Positions 48,900 through 60,601 are shown, numbered from the stretch's first letter. The stretch: 64,000 nucleotides of DNA from Hyalangium minutum (GCF_000737315.1 NZ_JMCB01000032.1:1-64000); one strand, 5' to 3'. The notes: generated from the sequence alone by a model not told the origin. Made by a program: numbers and translations.

Positions 48900-51122
48900 G
48901 TGGGCCAGCAGCACCCGGCCCCTGGAAGGACCTGGAGCCCATCCCTCGTGCTCTGCTACCGCTGCGGCAGCCACGTCCCTGATTCGAGCGATACCTGTCC
49001 CACCTGCGGTCAGAAGTACGACGCGGCGGCCAGGCAGGCTGCGAGTCCGTCCGCGCGCCGGAGGGGGAGCATCGAGGGCGCGCCCTACAAGCCCGGGGAC
49101 GTCATTCACTCGCGCTTCTCCATCCTCGAGATGATGGGCGCAGGGCCCGTGGGCTACGTCTTCCGGGCGATGGATCAGCAGCATGACGTGGAGGTCGCCC
49201 TCAAGGCGATCAACCCCCGGCTGCTCCAGGAGCCCGAGGAGCGCACCCAGTTCTCCCTGGTCCTCAAGGTCGGCAAGAAGCTCAGCCACCCCTACCTGTC
49301 GCGCGTCTACGAGGAGGGCTTCGACGGGGACCGGCCCTTCTTCACCTCCCAGCTCATCGAGGGGATGACGCTGCGGCGGATGATGGAGATGCGGGTGGCC
49401 AAGGGCCAGCCCTTCACGCTGCGCGAGGTGGAGCCGCTGCTCGGCCAGATCGCCGATGCGCTCGATGGCGCCCACCGCTACGGGCCACACTCGGACCTCA
49501 AGCCCGAGAACATCATCGTCCTGCCGGACGTGCTCAAGGTGACCGACTACGGGCTCTCCCTGGGCATTCCCCGGCCTCCCTTCGTCCAGGCTCAGAAGGG
49601 CTACCGCGCCGAGGCCTACATCGCTCCCGAGTACGTGTCGGGCAGCGAGATCGACGCGCACATGGACATCTACTCGCTCGCGGTCATCGTGGGCGAGATG
49701 CTCACCGGGCTCATGCCGGACGCGGATGGCATCCCCGAGGTTCTGATGAAGAACCCGGACCTCCCGCCTGCCTTCGAAGCCCTCTACCGGCGCGCGCTCA
49801 ACGCCAACCCGCTGGCCCGCCCGAAGTCCGCGGGCGAGTTCGCCGCCGAGTTCTCCTCTATCGTCGCCAAGGGCCCGGGCGGCTCGAACAGGATCTCCCG
49901 GCACGCACAGCCCCTGGGCAGCTCGGCATTGACGCACGCGGCTCGCAGCGCCGAGAAGCCGCCGCCGCCCGTCCCCACGGATCAGCTTCCCATCGCCAGC
50001 GTGTCGCCACCGGTGCCCAAGGCTCCTTCGAAGGAGGAGCCCCCCGTCGACGCCACCCAGCCGATGGACGCGGACATGCTGGCCCAGATCATGGCCGCGT
50101 CCCCCGCCGTCGCGAAGGCCGTGACCGCGCAGCGCCCTGTCATCAAGCCTTCCGGGGGAAACACGGGGCCGGTGGGCCGGGCCTCGGCTGCGTCCACGCC
50201 CTCTCTTCATGCTCAGGGCATCGAGGACCAGCCCACGGATCCGGCCCAGGCCGTGACAGCGCTTCGTCCGCCCCCGCGCGCTCAGCCGCCCGCTCCCCGT
50301 CAGCCCGTGAAGCGTGTGGAGAAGCGGCCCATGTCCGCCGTGTGGCTCGTGCTGCTGACGCTGGCGGGGCTGGCGATTGGCTCGGGTGTGGGCTACCTGG
50401 TGCTCAAGCACCTGCGCTCGCAGCAAGCGGAAGATGGCTCGGGCACCGTGACGGCTCCCACGCCCCCGTCCGAGCCGCGCGAGGCCCTGCCGCCTCCCGC
50501 GGAGCCCGAGGTGCACGACCCCATGGCCCCCGCGGGCAAGTGCCCCCCCGGCATGAAGCTGGTGAGCGGAGGGGCCTTCAAGCGGGGCGTGGCGCAGGAT
50601 GACCCGGACAAGATGTTCGACGAGCGCCCGCTGGAGAACGTGCAGGTGCCCTCGTTCTGCATCGACGAGTACGAGTTCCCCAACAAGCCAGGGGGGCTGC
50701 CCACCGTCGGCGTGAACTGGGATGAGGCGAAGCAGTCCTGCGCGAGCGTGGGCAAGCGGCTCTGCACGGAGGACCAGTGGGAGAAGGCATGCAAGGGCCC
50801 AGGCAATGCGCGCTTTCCCTATGGGAACGAGTTCGACGCGAACGTGTGCAACACCGACGACGCGCAGGGCCGCGATCGAGAACTGGCCGAGGGCGGGCGC
50901 TTCCCGCAGTGCCGCTCGGCCTACGCCGTGGCGGACCTCTCCGGGAACGTGGCCGAGTGGACGGCCTCGGACTTTGGGGACAGCCTCTCGAGCAAGACCC
51001 AGAAGGGTGGGGCGTACGACCGGTCCGTCCATGCCGTGCGCTGCTCGGCGCGGATGAAGGGAGTCCCCACGGAGCGCAAGCCCACCGTGGGCTTCCGCTG
51101 CTGCGCGGACGTCCTGCAATGA
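48900..51122 (+). CDS. Zn-ribbon - Ser/Thr kinase - TM - FGE-sulfatase (SUMF1-like) domain protein
   Basis: CYRCG..CPTCG; GAGPVG, VALK, HSDLKPEN, DYG, YIAPE; TM; FCIDEYE, KRLCTEDQWEKAC, DLSGNVAEW, VGFRCC. Confidence 0.9.
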   Translation: MGQQHPAPGRTWSPSLVLCYRCGSHVPDSSDTCPTCGQKYDAAARQAASPSARRRGSIEGAPYKPGDVIHSRFSILEMMGAGPVGYVFRAMDQQHDVEVALKAINPRLLQEPEERTQFSLVLKVGKKLSHPYLSRVYEEGFDGDRPFFTSQLIEGMTLRRMMEMRVAKGQPFTLREVEPLLGQIADALDGAHRYGPHSDLKPENIIVLPDVLKVTDYGLSLGIPRPPFVQAQKGYRAEAYIAPEYVSGSEIDAHMDIYSLAVIVGEMLTGLMPDADGIPEVLMKNPDLPPAFEALYRRALNANPLARPKSAGEFAAEFSSIVAKGPGGSNRISRHAQPLGSSALTHAARSAEKPPPPVPTDQLPIASVSPPVPKAPSKEEPPVDATQPMDADMLAQIMAASPAVAKAVTAQRPVIKPSGGNTGPVGRASAASTPSLHAQGIEDQPTDPAQAVTALRPPPRAQPPAPRQPVKRVEKRPMSAVWLVLLTLAGLAIGSGVGYLVLKHLRSQQAEDGSGTVTAPTPPSEPREALPPPAEPEVHDPMAPAGKCPPGMKLVSGGAFKRGVAQDDPDKMFDERPLENVQVPSFCIDEYEFPNKPGGLPTVGVNWDEAKQSCASVGKRLCTEDQWEKACKGPGNARFPYGNEFDANVCNTDDAQGRDRELAEGGRFPQCRSAYAVADLSGNVAEWTASDFGDSLSSKTQKGGAYDRSVHAVRCSARMKGVPTERKPTVGFRCCADVLQ

Positions 51123-52060
51123 GGAACGTTGGGCTCGCATTGCTGCTCGCGCTGTTGCTGCCAGGACTGGCCAGCGCTCAGGGCCGCCGCAAGGTGGTGG
51201 CCGTGAAGTCCGCCTTGCTGGCGCCCTATGCCTCCGTGGTGGCCGGCTTCCGTGCCGAGGCCGATGCCGACGTGCAGGAGGTGATGCTCGACGAGAGCTC
51301 CTCCGCCGCTGCCCGGCTCTTCAAGACGCTGGCGATGCAGAAACCGGCCCTGGTGTTGGCCATCGGGCCGCTGGCCGCCAACGCGGCGCGCCGCTCCCTG
51401 GGCGAGGACATCCCCGTCCTCTTCGTCATGGTGCCCTACTTCGAGAAGTACGGCCTGGAGGGCCCCAACGTCACCGGCATCTCGCTCACGAGCGACTACA
51501 CCCCGGAGCTCGGCGCGCTCAAGGCCCTGTCTCCCAAGGTGAAGCGGGTGGGCATGCTCCATGATCCGCGCTTCTCCGCGAGGCAGGTGCAGACGGCGCA
51601 GGAGGCCGCCAGCGGACTGGGGCTCACCATCGTCCCACTGGAGGTGGAGGCTCAGGCCCGCGTGGAGAAGGTGCTGGGCGCGGCCGCCGGCAAGGTGGAC
51701 GCCCTGTTGATGGTGGCCGACAAGACGGTGGGCAACGCCGCCGTCGTCCAGGCGCTCATCGCCTTTGCCTCCGAGCAGAAGCTCCCCCTGGTGGCGCTCA
51801 CCTCCAGCCAGGTGAAGGAGGGCGCCACGCTCGCCCTGGCCCCGAGCCCCACCGCCATCGGCCAGCAGGCGGGGCGGCTGGCCAACCGCATCATCCATGA
51901 GAAGGTGAACCCGGGCGCGATGGCGGTGGCGCAGCCCGAGAGCATGGACCTGGCGATCAGCCTCACCGCTACCCGCAAGTTGAGCTCCTCCTGCGACGCC
52001 GCGATGGAACTGCTCCGCTACGCGGCGAAGCGGGACTTTCCCGTGAAGGTCCACGAGTGA
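51119..52060 (+). CDS. ABC-type substrate-binding protein (TrpX/DUF534-like), no permease nearby
   Basis: Signal peptide; LVLAIGPLAA, NVTGIS, KRVGMLHDP, IGQQAGRLANRI; ATGA overlap with the kinase stop. Confidence 0.85.
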   Translation: MRNVGLALLLALLLPGLASAQGRRKVVAVKSALLAPYASVVAGFRAEADADVQEVMLDESSSAAARLFKTLAMQKPALVLAIGPLAANAARRSLGEDIPVLFVMVPYFEKYGLEGPNVTGISLTSDYTPELGALKALSPKVKRVGMLHDPRFSARQVQTAQEAASGLGLTIVPLEVEAQARVEKVLGAAAGKVDALLMVADKTVGNAAVVQALIAFASEQKLPLVALTSSQVKEGATLALAPSPTAIGQQAGRLANRIIHEKVNPGAMAVAQPESMDLAISLTATRKLSSSCDAAMELLRYAAKRDFPVKVHE

Positions 52061-53370
52061 TTCCTCGATACAGCCGACAGGAGATGGCCTCCCTCTGGTC
52101 CGATGTTGCCCGCTACCGCCGTTGGCGCGACGTGGAGCTTGCCGCGCTGGAGGGCATGGTGGAGGTGGGGCTGGCCCCCAAGGAGGCGCTGGAGGACTGC
52201 CGCGCCAAGGCCGGAGACTTCACCCCCGAGGACGCCGCTCGCATCGAGGAGATCGAGCGCACCACGAAGCATGACGTGATTGCGTTCCTCACCTTCATGG
52301 AGGAGCGCGTCGGCCCGAACGCGCGCTGGCTGCACCTGGGGATGACGTCCTCGGATGTGCTGGACACCTCGCTGGGGCTCACGCTGCGCGACGCGCTGGA
52401 CCTCATCCTCAAGGGGCTGGCCCGGGTGATGGCGGCGGTGGAGAAGCGCGCCTTCGAGCACAAGAACACGGTGATGATGGGGCGCAGCCACGGCATCCAC
52501 GCCGAGCCCATCACCTTCGGCCACAAGCTGGCCATCTGGTACGACGAGCTGAGCCGCGGCCGCGCCCGCCTCGAGCGCGCCCGGGAGACCATCGCCGTCG
52601 GGAAGATCTCCGGCGCGGTGGGCACGTTCGCGCACCTGCCGCCCTCGGTGGAGGAGCACGCGTGCCGCAAGCTCGGGCTGCACCCGGCTCCAGCTTCCAG
52701 CCAGATCGTCCAGAGAGACAGGCACGCGGAGTACTTCGGGGCGCTGGCCCTGCTGGGCGCCAGCATCGAGAAGTTCGCGGTGGAGATCCGCCACCTGCAG
52801 CGCACCGAGGTGCGCGAGGCGGAGGAGCCCTTCACCCCGGGCCAGAAGGGCTCGAGCGCCATGCCGCACAAGCGCAACCCCATCCTCTCGGAGAACCTCA
52901 CGGGGCTGGCGCGGCTGCTGCGCGGCTACGCCGTGAGCGCCCTGGAGGACGTGGCGCTGTGGCACGAGCGGGACATCTCGCACTCGTCCGTGGAGCGCGT
53001 CATCGGTCCGGACGCCACCATCGTCATGGACTTCATGCTGCACCGCTTCGCTGGGCTCATGGAGAACCTGCGCGTCTATCCCGAGCAGATGGCGAAGAAC
53101 CTGGAGCTGCTCGGCGGCGTGGTGAACTCGCAGCGCATCCTGCTGGAGCTGGCGCGCAAGGGCATGGACCGGCAGGCCGCCTACGTCATCGTCCAGCGCA
53201 ACGCGATGAAGATGTACGAGGAAGGCGTCAGCTTCCGCGAGTCGCTGCTGAAGGACGCCGACCTGCTGAAGATGATGACGCCCGAGGAGATCAACGACTG
53301 CTTCTCCACCGGCTACCACACGCGTCACGTGGACGACATCTTCCGCCGGGTGTTTGGCCGCGGCGGGTAG
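52057..53370 (+). CDS. purB: Adenylosuccinate lyase
   Basis: [47 protein letters not shown]. Confidence 0.97.
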   Translation: MIPRYSRQEMASLWSDVARYRRWRDVELAALEGMVEVGLAPKEALEDCRAKAGDFTPEDAARIEEIERTTKHDVIAFLTFMEERVGPNARWLHLGMTSSDVLDTSLGLTLRDALDLILKGLARVMAAVEKRAFEHKNTVMMGRSHGIHAEPITFGHKLAIWYDELSRGRARLERARETIAVGKISGAVGTFAHLPPSVEEHACRKLGLHPAPASSQIVQRDRHAEYFGALALLGASIEKFAVEIRHLQRTEVREAEEPFTPGQKGSSAMPHKRNPILSENLTGLARLLRGYAVSALEDVALWHERDISHSSVERVIGPDATIVMDFMLHRFAGLMENLRVYPEQMAKNLELLGGVVNSQRILLELARKGMDRQAAYVIVQRNAMKMYEEGVSFRESLLKDADLLKMMTPEEINDCFSTGYHTRHVDDIFRRVFGRGG

Positions 53371-53375
53371 CGCCC

Positions 53376-53987
53376 TCAGCTGACGTCGAGGTGCCACGCC
53401 CGCTGGCTGTCCATGGCGCAGGCGGCCTGGACGGCGTCGGCCATCAGGGCCGCGCTCTGTCCGGGCCATAGTGCCCCGAGCTCATACGGTACGCCCGCGA
53501 GCTGGCTCACCAGCCCCGTGCTCCGGAAGATGCCGCCGGGCAGCCGGGCCATGAGGGCGGTGTTGGCGATGCCCACGCTCACCGGGTAGCGCCGGCGGTG
53601 GGCGTGGAGCAGGCACCCGGCTAGCAGCAGCAGGGCCAACTGTTTGCCCCGGTACGGTTTCTCCACGTAGCCCCAGTCCATCTCCACCAGGTCCTCGCGC
53701 CGCAGATCGAAGCACCCCGTCAGCGTGGGCAGGTCCAGCCGCTGCCACACGTCCGGGATCAGCCGCTCGAAGATGAAGGGTTCGCTGGAGGCGTGCACCA
53801 GGCCAATCATCCCCACGGCCTGCCGGGTGGCCCCCTCCAGGGCCTCCACGAGCATGAACTCGCTGCGCGAGGAGTCCGCCTCGAGCGCTCCCTTCGGCGC
53901 GTTCAGCTCCTCCACGAACTGTCCCCGCAGGCGGTGGACTGCCGCGCTGTCGGCCGGAGTCGCCCGTCGAAAGAGGTACTGGGTCAC
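53376..53987 (-). CDS. GNAT-fold acyltransferase (FeeM/LuxI-like pattern)
   Basis: FRRATPAD..VHRLR.FVEEL, VGMIGL, EMDWGYVEKPYRGKQLA. GTG at 53987 after AGAGG. Confidence 0.65.
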   Translation of the reverse strand: MTQYLFRRATPADSAAVHRLRGQFVEELNAPKGALEADSSRSEFMLVEALEGATRQAVGMIGLVHASSEPFIFERLIPDVWQRLDLPTLTGCFDLRREDLVEMDWGYVEKPYRGKQLALLLLAGCLLHAHRRRYPVSVGIANTALMARLPGGIFRSTGLVSQLAGVPYELGALWPGQSAALMADAVQAACAMDSQRAWHLDVS

Positions 53988-54084
53988 GGTGCCTCTGTGG
54001 ATCACGGAAAGGCATTCCTGAAGCAAGAGTCAGGCCAGGAAGGCTTCCCTCGGAGGCAGGCGTCCTGGAGGTGTGTCCAAGGGC

Positions 54085-54122
54085 CGCTGACATGTCAGCG
54101 CCGTGTCAGCTGTCATGTCAGC
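54085..54122. repeat. Second locus of the CTGACATGTCAG palindrome
   Basis: CGCTGACATGTCAGCG (54085-54100, perfect 16-bp palindrome) and the variant GCTGTCATGTCAGC (54109-54122), 23 bp apart. Confidence 0.9.
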
Positions 54123-54167
54123 GCGCGGCTCAGCGGCCCAGGTCGAGGGCGATGCCCGCCTGGGCTG

Positions 54168-55829
<1,662 letters not shown>

Positions 55830-55954
55830 GCGGAAGGGGCCTTGCACCATGGGTCGTATCACAGGTGCACAGTCGGCGTGTCCAAGGGCTCCTGCCCACC
55901 TGTTCTTTGAAGGGGAGCAGGGACACTGGATCCCTTACGGCGCGTCCTGAAGTC

Positions 55955-56071
55955 TCAGGCTTTGAGAAAGCCAGGGTGGGGAGACGCGTCTTGGCGCTTC
56001 TTCTCCGGAGTGATGCCCGCCAGGAAGTCCTCGACGTTGGCCACGGTCTTCTTCGTCTTGAGTTCCGCCAC
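55955..56071 (-). pseudogene. Truncated 5' remnant of a DUF1801-like gene (38 codons)
   Basis: GAGGGAG RBS and GTG start; MAELKTKKTVANVEDFLAGITPEKKRQDA resembles DUF1801 N-termini, then unrelated sequence and a TGA at 55955-55957. Confidence 0.55.
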
Positions 56072-56100
56072 GGCGGGCTCCCTCGTTTGCGAGTTCGGGT

Positions 56101-57057
56101 TTACAGGTACCCGGCGGCCCGGAGGTTCTTTTCGATGCGCGCGTGCACGTCGCCCGGCTCCAGCTTCAGCTCCGTGCCCGTAATCCGCTCGTAGGCCGTG
56201 AGGTACTTCGTCGCCAGATCCACCCGCACTTCATCGGGAATCACCGGCGGCGTGCCGTGGCCCTGGAAGTTCCGCTCGCGGATCAGCCACTGGCGGATGT
56301 TCTCCTTGTCCAGCATCCGCTGGTCCTCGCCCTTCGTGAACCGCGCCTCGTACTCGTCCGCTACCCAGTACCGGCTCGAGTCTGGCGTGTGGATCTCGTC
56401 GATGACGTACAAGTCATCGCCCACCTTGCCGAACTCGTACTTCGTATCCACCAGGATCAACCCGCGTGTGCGCGCCCACTTCTGGCCCTCGGCGAACAGC
56501 GCCTTCGCCGCCTCCGTCAGACGAGCCCAGTCCCTCGGGCTCGCCAGGCCGCGCGACAGGATCTCCGCCTCGGAGATCGGCTCGTCATGCTGGCCGTACT
56601 GCGCCTTCGTCGACGGAGTGATGATGGGCTCCGGGAACACCTCGTCCTTGCGAAGCCCGGCGGGGAAGGGCAGCCCGTAGGCCGTGTGCGTGCCCTTCTG
56701 GTAGTCGCGCCACAGGCTCCCCGTGAGGTACCCGCGCACCACCATCTCGATGGCGAATGGCTCGCACGCCCGCGCCACCGTCACGTTCGGATCCGGCACG
56801 TCCAGAATGTGGTTGGGCACCACGTGCTTCGTGCGCTCGAACCAGAACGTCGCCAGCCGGTTGAGGATCTCGCCCTTGAAGGGGATCGTCGTCAGCACGT
56901 GATCAAACGCGGACAGCCGATCCGAGGTGACCAGGATGAGCCGGTCCTTCTGGCGGTACGTGTCGCGGACCTTGCCCTGGTAGTGCGTGCCCAGCGTCGG
57001 CAGGTTCACCTGCCGGAGGGTATGCGAAAGCTGCGCGTGGAGAGCGGACGTGTTCAC
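56101..57057 (-). CDS. purC: Phosphoribosylaminoimidazolesuccinocarboxamide (SAICAR) synthase
   Basis: YQGKVRDTY, VTSDRLSAFD, IEMVVRGYLTGS, TPSTKA, ILVDTKYEFG, IDEIHTPDSSRYW, DKENIRQW. Confidence 0.95.
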   Translation of the reverse strand: MNTSALHAQLSHTLRQVNLPTLGTHYQGKVRDTYRQKDRLILVTSDRLSAFDHVLTTIPFKGEILNRLATFWFERTKHVVPNHILDVPDPNVTVARACEPFAIEMVVRGYLTGSLWRDYQKGTHTAYGLPFPAGLRKDEVFPEPIITPSTKAQYGQHDEPISEAEILSRGLASPRDWARLTEAAKALFAEGQKWARTRGLILVDTKYEFGKVGDDLYVIDEIHTPDSSRYWVADEYEARFTKGEDQRMLDKENIRQWLIRERNFQGHGTPPVIPDEVRVDLATKYLTAYERITGTELKLEPGDVHARIEKNLRAAGYL

Positions 57058-57099
57058 GAGGCGCCTCGGCCTCCGCGGAGGTGCGGAGCGGCGCGGACT

Positions 57100-57687
57100 C
57101 TACTGGACGTTCGCGGAGGTGGAAGCGAGACCTGAGGCCGCTGCCAGATACAGGAAAGCCGGGTTGATGCGCAGGATGCCGTCCACGTATGCCACCGCGT
57201 ACGGTGCACCCGACACCCGGTCCACCTGCACCGGGCCCGTCTGCTGGATGCCCCAGTGGGTCAGCAGCGTGCGCGCCACCAGCTCGGAGGACTCGCGCTC
57301 GGACAGCCCCTGCAGGCTGTCACGGCGCTCCTCAGGCCAGTGCTCACCCGTGCGCCCGTCGAACGTCAGCTGCAGCACTCCGCCCGCATCGGGCGCCTGC
57401 AGCAGGTCCATCCGCGCGTCGAAGCCCGGGGCCGCCACCAGCTCGCCGTGGTGGCTGATGGGGAAGAGCACCAGCGCCTGGGCGGCCTGGCCCTCCTCCT
57501 GCTCGGACAGCCGCGCCAGCTCGCGGAACAGCTCCTGCCGCGTGGAGGCCGGCTCGAACTCGAGTGCCTCCGGAGCGCTGGTGAGCGCCTGCCGCGCCGT
57601 CAGCGACGAGCGCATGGGAGTACCCGTCCCGCCACAGGCGGTCAGGACGACGACAGAGAGCAGCAGGCCAGGGACCCAGCGACGCAT
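57100..57687 (-). CDS. Hypothetical lipoprotein
   Basis: MRRWVPGLLLSVVVLTAC lipobox; no recognised domain. Confidence 0.75.
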   Translation of the reverse strand: MRRWVPGLLLSVVVLTACGGTGTPMRSSLTARQALTSAPEALEFEPASTRQELFRELARLSEQEEGQAAQALVLFPISHHGELVAAPGFDARMDLLQAPDAGGVLQLTFDGRTGEHWPEERRDSLQGLSERESSELVARTLLTHWGIQQTGPVQVDRVSGAPYAVAYVDGILRINPAFLYLAAASGLASTSANVQ

Positions 57688-57739
57688 CGGCCTGGAATAT
57701 ACCGATCACCGCCCCATGCAGCTAGATAAACTCGGGGGC

Positions 57740-58474
57740 ATGGGCCTGGCTGAACAGCTCACGGTCGTCCTTCATCAGACGCGTTCCCCAGAGAACCTCG
57801 GCGCGGTGGCCCGCGTCATGGCCAACTTCGGCTTCTCCCGTCTCATCTTGTCCGACCCCGTCACCTACTCCTTTCGAGGGGCGGAGCGGCTCGCCGTCAA
57901 AGGAGAGACGGTGCTGGACCGCATGGCTGTGGCCCGCGATCTGCCCGAGGCCCTCACCGACTGCGTGTACGCGATTGGCACCACCTCTCGCACCCAGCTC
58001 AAGGGACGGACGTATCTCACCCCGGAGGAGGCGGTGGGACGGCTGGCGCAGGAGAGCGCACGGGGGAGGGTGGCGCTGGTGCTCGGGGGCGAGCAGCGGG
58101 GCTTGTCCGACGAGGAGCTGGCTCACTGTGCCGAGGTGCTCGTCATCCCCACCAGCGATGTGCAGCCCTCGATGAACCTGGCGCAGGCGGCCGGGGTGCT
58201 CCTCTATCTGTGCGGCCGGGAGGGCGCGACGAACCCGGTGCCTCCGGCTCTCGAGCCGGGCGCGCGCATCGGTACGCTGAACGCGCTGAGCCAGCGGATG
58301 CGCGAGGCGATGCTCACGGCGCAGTTCCTCAACCCGCAGGCGCCGGAGCACGTGCTGCACGAGCTGGAGCTGACGTTGTCACGGGCGCGGCTCACCCAGC
58401 GCGAGGCGGAGCTGTGGCTCACGGCCTTCAAGCACCTGGAGCGAGCGGTGAAGCGGGGCGCCCCCACTCCTTAA
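57740..58474 (+). CDS. SPOUT RNA methyltransferase, TrmJ/LasT family (start could be 57716)
   Basis: VVLHQTRSPENLGAVARVMANFG, AIGTTSR, LVLGGEQRGLSDEEL, PSMNLAQA. Confidence 0.92.
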   Translation: MGLAEQLTVVLHQTRSPENLGAVARVMANFGFSRLILSDPVTYSFRGAERLAVKGETVLDRMAVARDLPEALTDCVYAIGTTSRTQLKGRTYLTPEEAVGRLAQESARGRVALVLGGEQRGLSDEELAHCAEVLVIPTSDVQPSMNLAQAAGVLLYLCGREGATNPVPPALEPGARIGTLNALSQRMREAMLTAQFLNPQAPEHVLHELELTLSRARLTQREAELWLTAFKHLERAVKRGAPTP

Positions 58475-58524
58475 GATCAGAGGATCCGAGGGGGAGGCGC
58501 CCGGTGAGGCGAGGCGAGACGGGG

Positions 58525-58803
58525 CTAGGCCGCCGCCGCGCCCTCCTTCTTGTAGGTCTCGGCGTAGTGCTTCTCGCACAGACCGCCCTTGAGGACCTTG
58601 GCGCGGCAGTCCGCCTTGGAGCAGGTGCGGTAGCGCGAGTGGGGCAGCTCGCCCTGGCGCCAGTGCTTGTAGTGGAAGAAGCAGTAGCTCTTGGCGCGGT
58701 AGGGGCGCTTGCAGCCCGCCACGGAGCACGCCTTCTTGCCGCCGGCCTTGGCCACTCGCGGCCACTTCTTCAGCGTCTTCGTCTTCTTGGCTTCCTCGGC
58801 CAT
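58525..58803 (-). CDS. Small basic protein with two Cx4C-x9-Cx2H motifs (VegA C-terminal-like)
   Basis: CSVAGC-KRPYRAKSY-CFFH and CSKADC-RAKVLKGGL-CEKH; Lys-rich. Confidence 0.8.
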   Translation of the reverse strand: MAEEAKKTKTLKKWPRVAKAGGKKACSVAGCKRPYRAKSYCFFHYKHWRQGELPHSRYRTCSKADCRAKVLKGGLCEKHYAETYKKEGAAAA

Positions 58804-58966
58804 GGGGTTCCTCTCTCTGGTGCGAAACGGTCCCGAGCGTCACCACAAAGGGCCCACCCGGACACGAAAAAGGCGCACTGTGTAGCGCCCGCGCGAGGGG
58901 AACGCAAGCTGAGCGGCGACCGAGGAGGCAGCCCCGGCCCCCGGCCGTCAGGGAGACGGGATGGCG

Positions 58967-60199
58967 TCAGGGGCCCAACAGGGGCTCGCCCGGCCGCACG
59001 GAGGGGGCGGGCCCCTCGTCCTCCAGGTCCTCTTCCGTCAGCACCGGCTGGAGCCGCGAGGAGGAGGTCTTGCGAGGGGACGGGCGCCGGGCCGCCACGG
59101 TGGTGGCGGGCTTCGCCTCGGGAGGAGGCTCCTCCAGCGTCACCCGGACCTTCAGCGGCTGCTGTCCCCGGCGCACCTGGAGCACCACGCTCTTGCCCAC
59201 CCCCCGAGCGGCCAGCTGCCAGCTCAGCTTGGAGGCCTTCTCCACGCGCTCGGTATCCATGCTCACGATGACGTCCCCCGGGCGCAGGCCCGCGCGGCCC
59301 GCCGGGCTCCCCTCGGACACGGCCCAGACCACCACACCGTGGTTCTTGGGAGACATCCCCAGCTCCGAGGCCACCTGCGGCGACAAGTCTCGCACGTCGA
59401 AGCCCAGCCAGCCCCGGCGCACCTCGCCGTAGGTCTTCAGCTGCGGGAGGATCGCCTTGGCGATGTCGATGGGCACCGCGAACCCGATGCCCTGGCCCGC
59501 CACGTTCACCGCGTTGGCGATGGCCACCACGTCCCCGTTCAGATCCAGCACCGGCCCGCCCGAGTTGCCCGGGTTGATGGAGGCGTCCGTCTGAATGTAG
59601 TCGTAGTCGCCTGGGCGCCCGTTGGGCGTCACGTCCGTACGGCCCTTGTAGCTGACCACGCCCACGGTGACGGAGTGCTCCAGCCCGAACGGGCTGCCAA
59701 TCACGACGATCCAGTCCGCCACCTCCACCCGGGAGGCCGACGCGAGCTTCAGCGCGGGCAGCTTCCGGCCCGCCTCGACTTTCAGGAGCGCGCAGTCGGT
59801 GCGCAGGTCCTGGCCCACCACCCGGGCCTCGTACGTCTCGGGATAGCCGCGCGGAGAGTCCACGGAGATCGTCACGTTGCCGGCGCCCTCCACCACATGG
59901 GCGCTCGTCAGGATGTAGCCGTCCGGATGGATGATGAAGCCGGAGCCGATGCCCTTCTGCGGCTCCTCGCCGCTGGCCTCAGGCTCGGTGCTGTCCGGCA
60001 GGGTGGTGATGGAGACCACCGAGGGCATTGCCGCGCGCGCCACCTTGCTCAGGTTGGAGCGCTGCTCACGTACCTCGTGGTTGCGAGCCTCGAGCCACAC
60101 GCGGCCGCTGCCTTCCCCGGCCGCATGTCCCACTCCCGCCACCACCAGCGTGCACGCTACGAGCAGCAGCCGCACGCCACCTCTCCGCACCCTTGCCAT
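58967..60199 (-). CDS. HtrA/DegQ family serine protease with one PDZ domain
   Basis: GIGSGFII, TSAHVV (His), TDCALLK (Asp), INPGNSGGP (Ser), RRGWLG PDZ, AGLRPGDVI. Confidence 0.94.
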   Translation of the reverse strand: MARVRRGGVRLLLVACTLVVAGVGHAAGEGSGRVWLEARNHEVREQRSNLSKVARAAMPSVVSITTLPDSTEPEASGEEPQKGIGSGFIIHPDGYILTSAHVVEGAGNVTISVDSPRGYPETYEARVVGQDLRTDCALLKVEAGRKLPALKLASASRVEVADWIVVIGSPFGLEHSVTVGVVSYKGRTDVTPNGRPGDYDYIQTDASINPGNSGGPVLDLNGDVVAIANAVNVAGQGIGFAVPIDIAKAILPQLKTYGEVRRGWLGFDVRDLSPQVASELGMSPKNHGVVVWAVSEGSPAGRAGLRPGDVIVSMDTERVEKASKLSWQLAARGVGKSVVLQVRRGQQPLKVRVTLEEPPPEAKPATTVAARRPSPRKTSSSRLQPVLTEEDLEDEGPAPSVRPGEPLLGP

Positions 60200-60289
60200 G
60201 GACCGCCTCCACACCCCTCCACCACGTCCCGAACGTAAGGAGGGGCGGAAAGAACCGGAAGCGGGACCGAAGGGGCCCTGGGAAACCGT

Positions 60290-60601
60290 TTACTTCTTCT
60301 GGGCAATGATGCGGTTCACTGCTTCACGGTCCTCGGCGGTGATGCGCTCGCGCGGGGCGCCCTCGCCCTTCTTGCCCACCGCGTCCTTGGCCTCGTCCAG
60401 CGCGTCCTCCAGCCCATCCTTCACCCGGTCCATGCTGTCCCTCATCCGGTCCACCTGCGAGGGGCGCACGTTCCGCTTCCACGCTCGCTGCATGTGATCC
60501 AAAGGAGTGCGGCCGTCGATCTGCCCGGTCGCCAGGAAGATGCCCACCCCCACCGCGCACGCTGTCCACACCAGGAACTTCAGCACGCCCATGTGTTTCA
60601 A
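60290..60601 (-). CDS. Small hypothetical membrane-anchored protein
   Basis: N-terminal hydrophobic helix, charged helical tail. Confidence 0.65.
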   Translation of the reverse strand: MKHMGVLKFLVWTACAVGVGIFLATGQIDGRTPLDHMQRAWKRNVRPSQVDRMRDSMDRVKDGLEDALDEAKDAVGKKGEGAPRERITAEDREAVNRIIAQKK

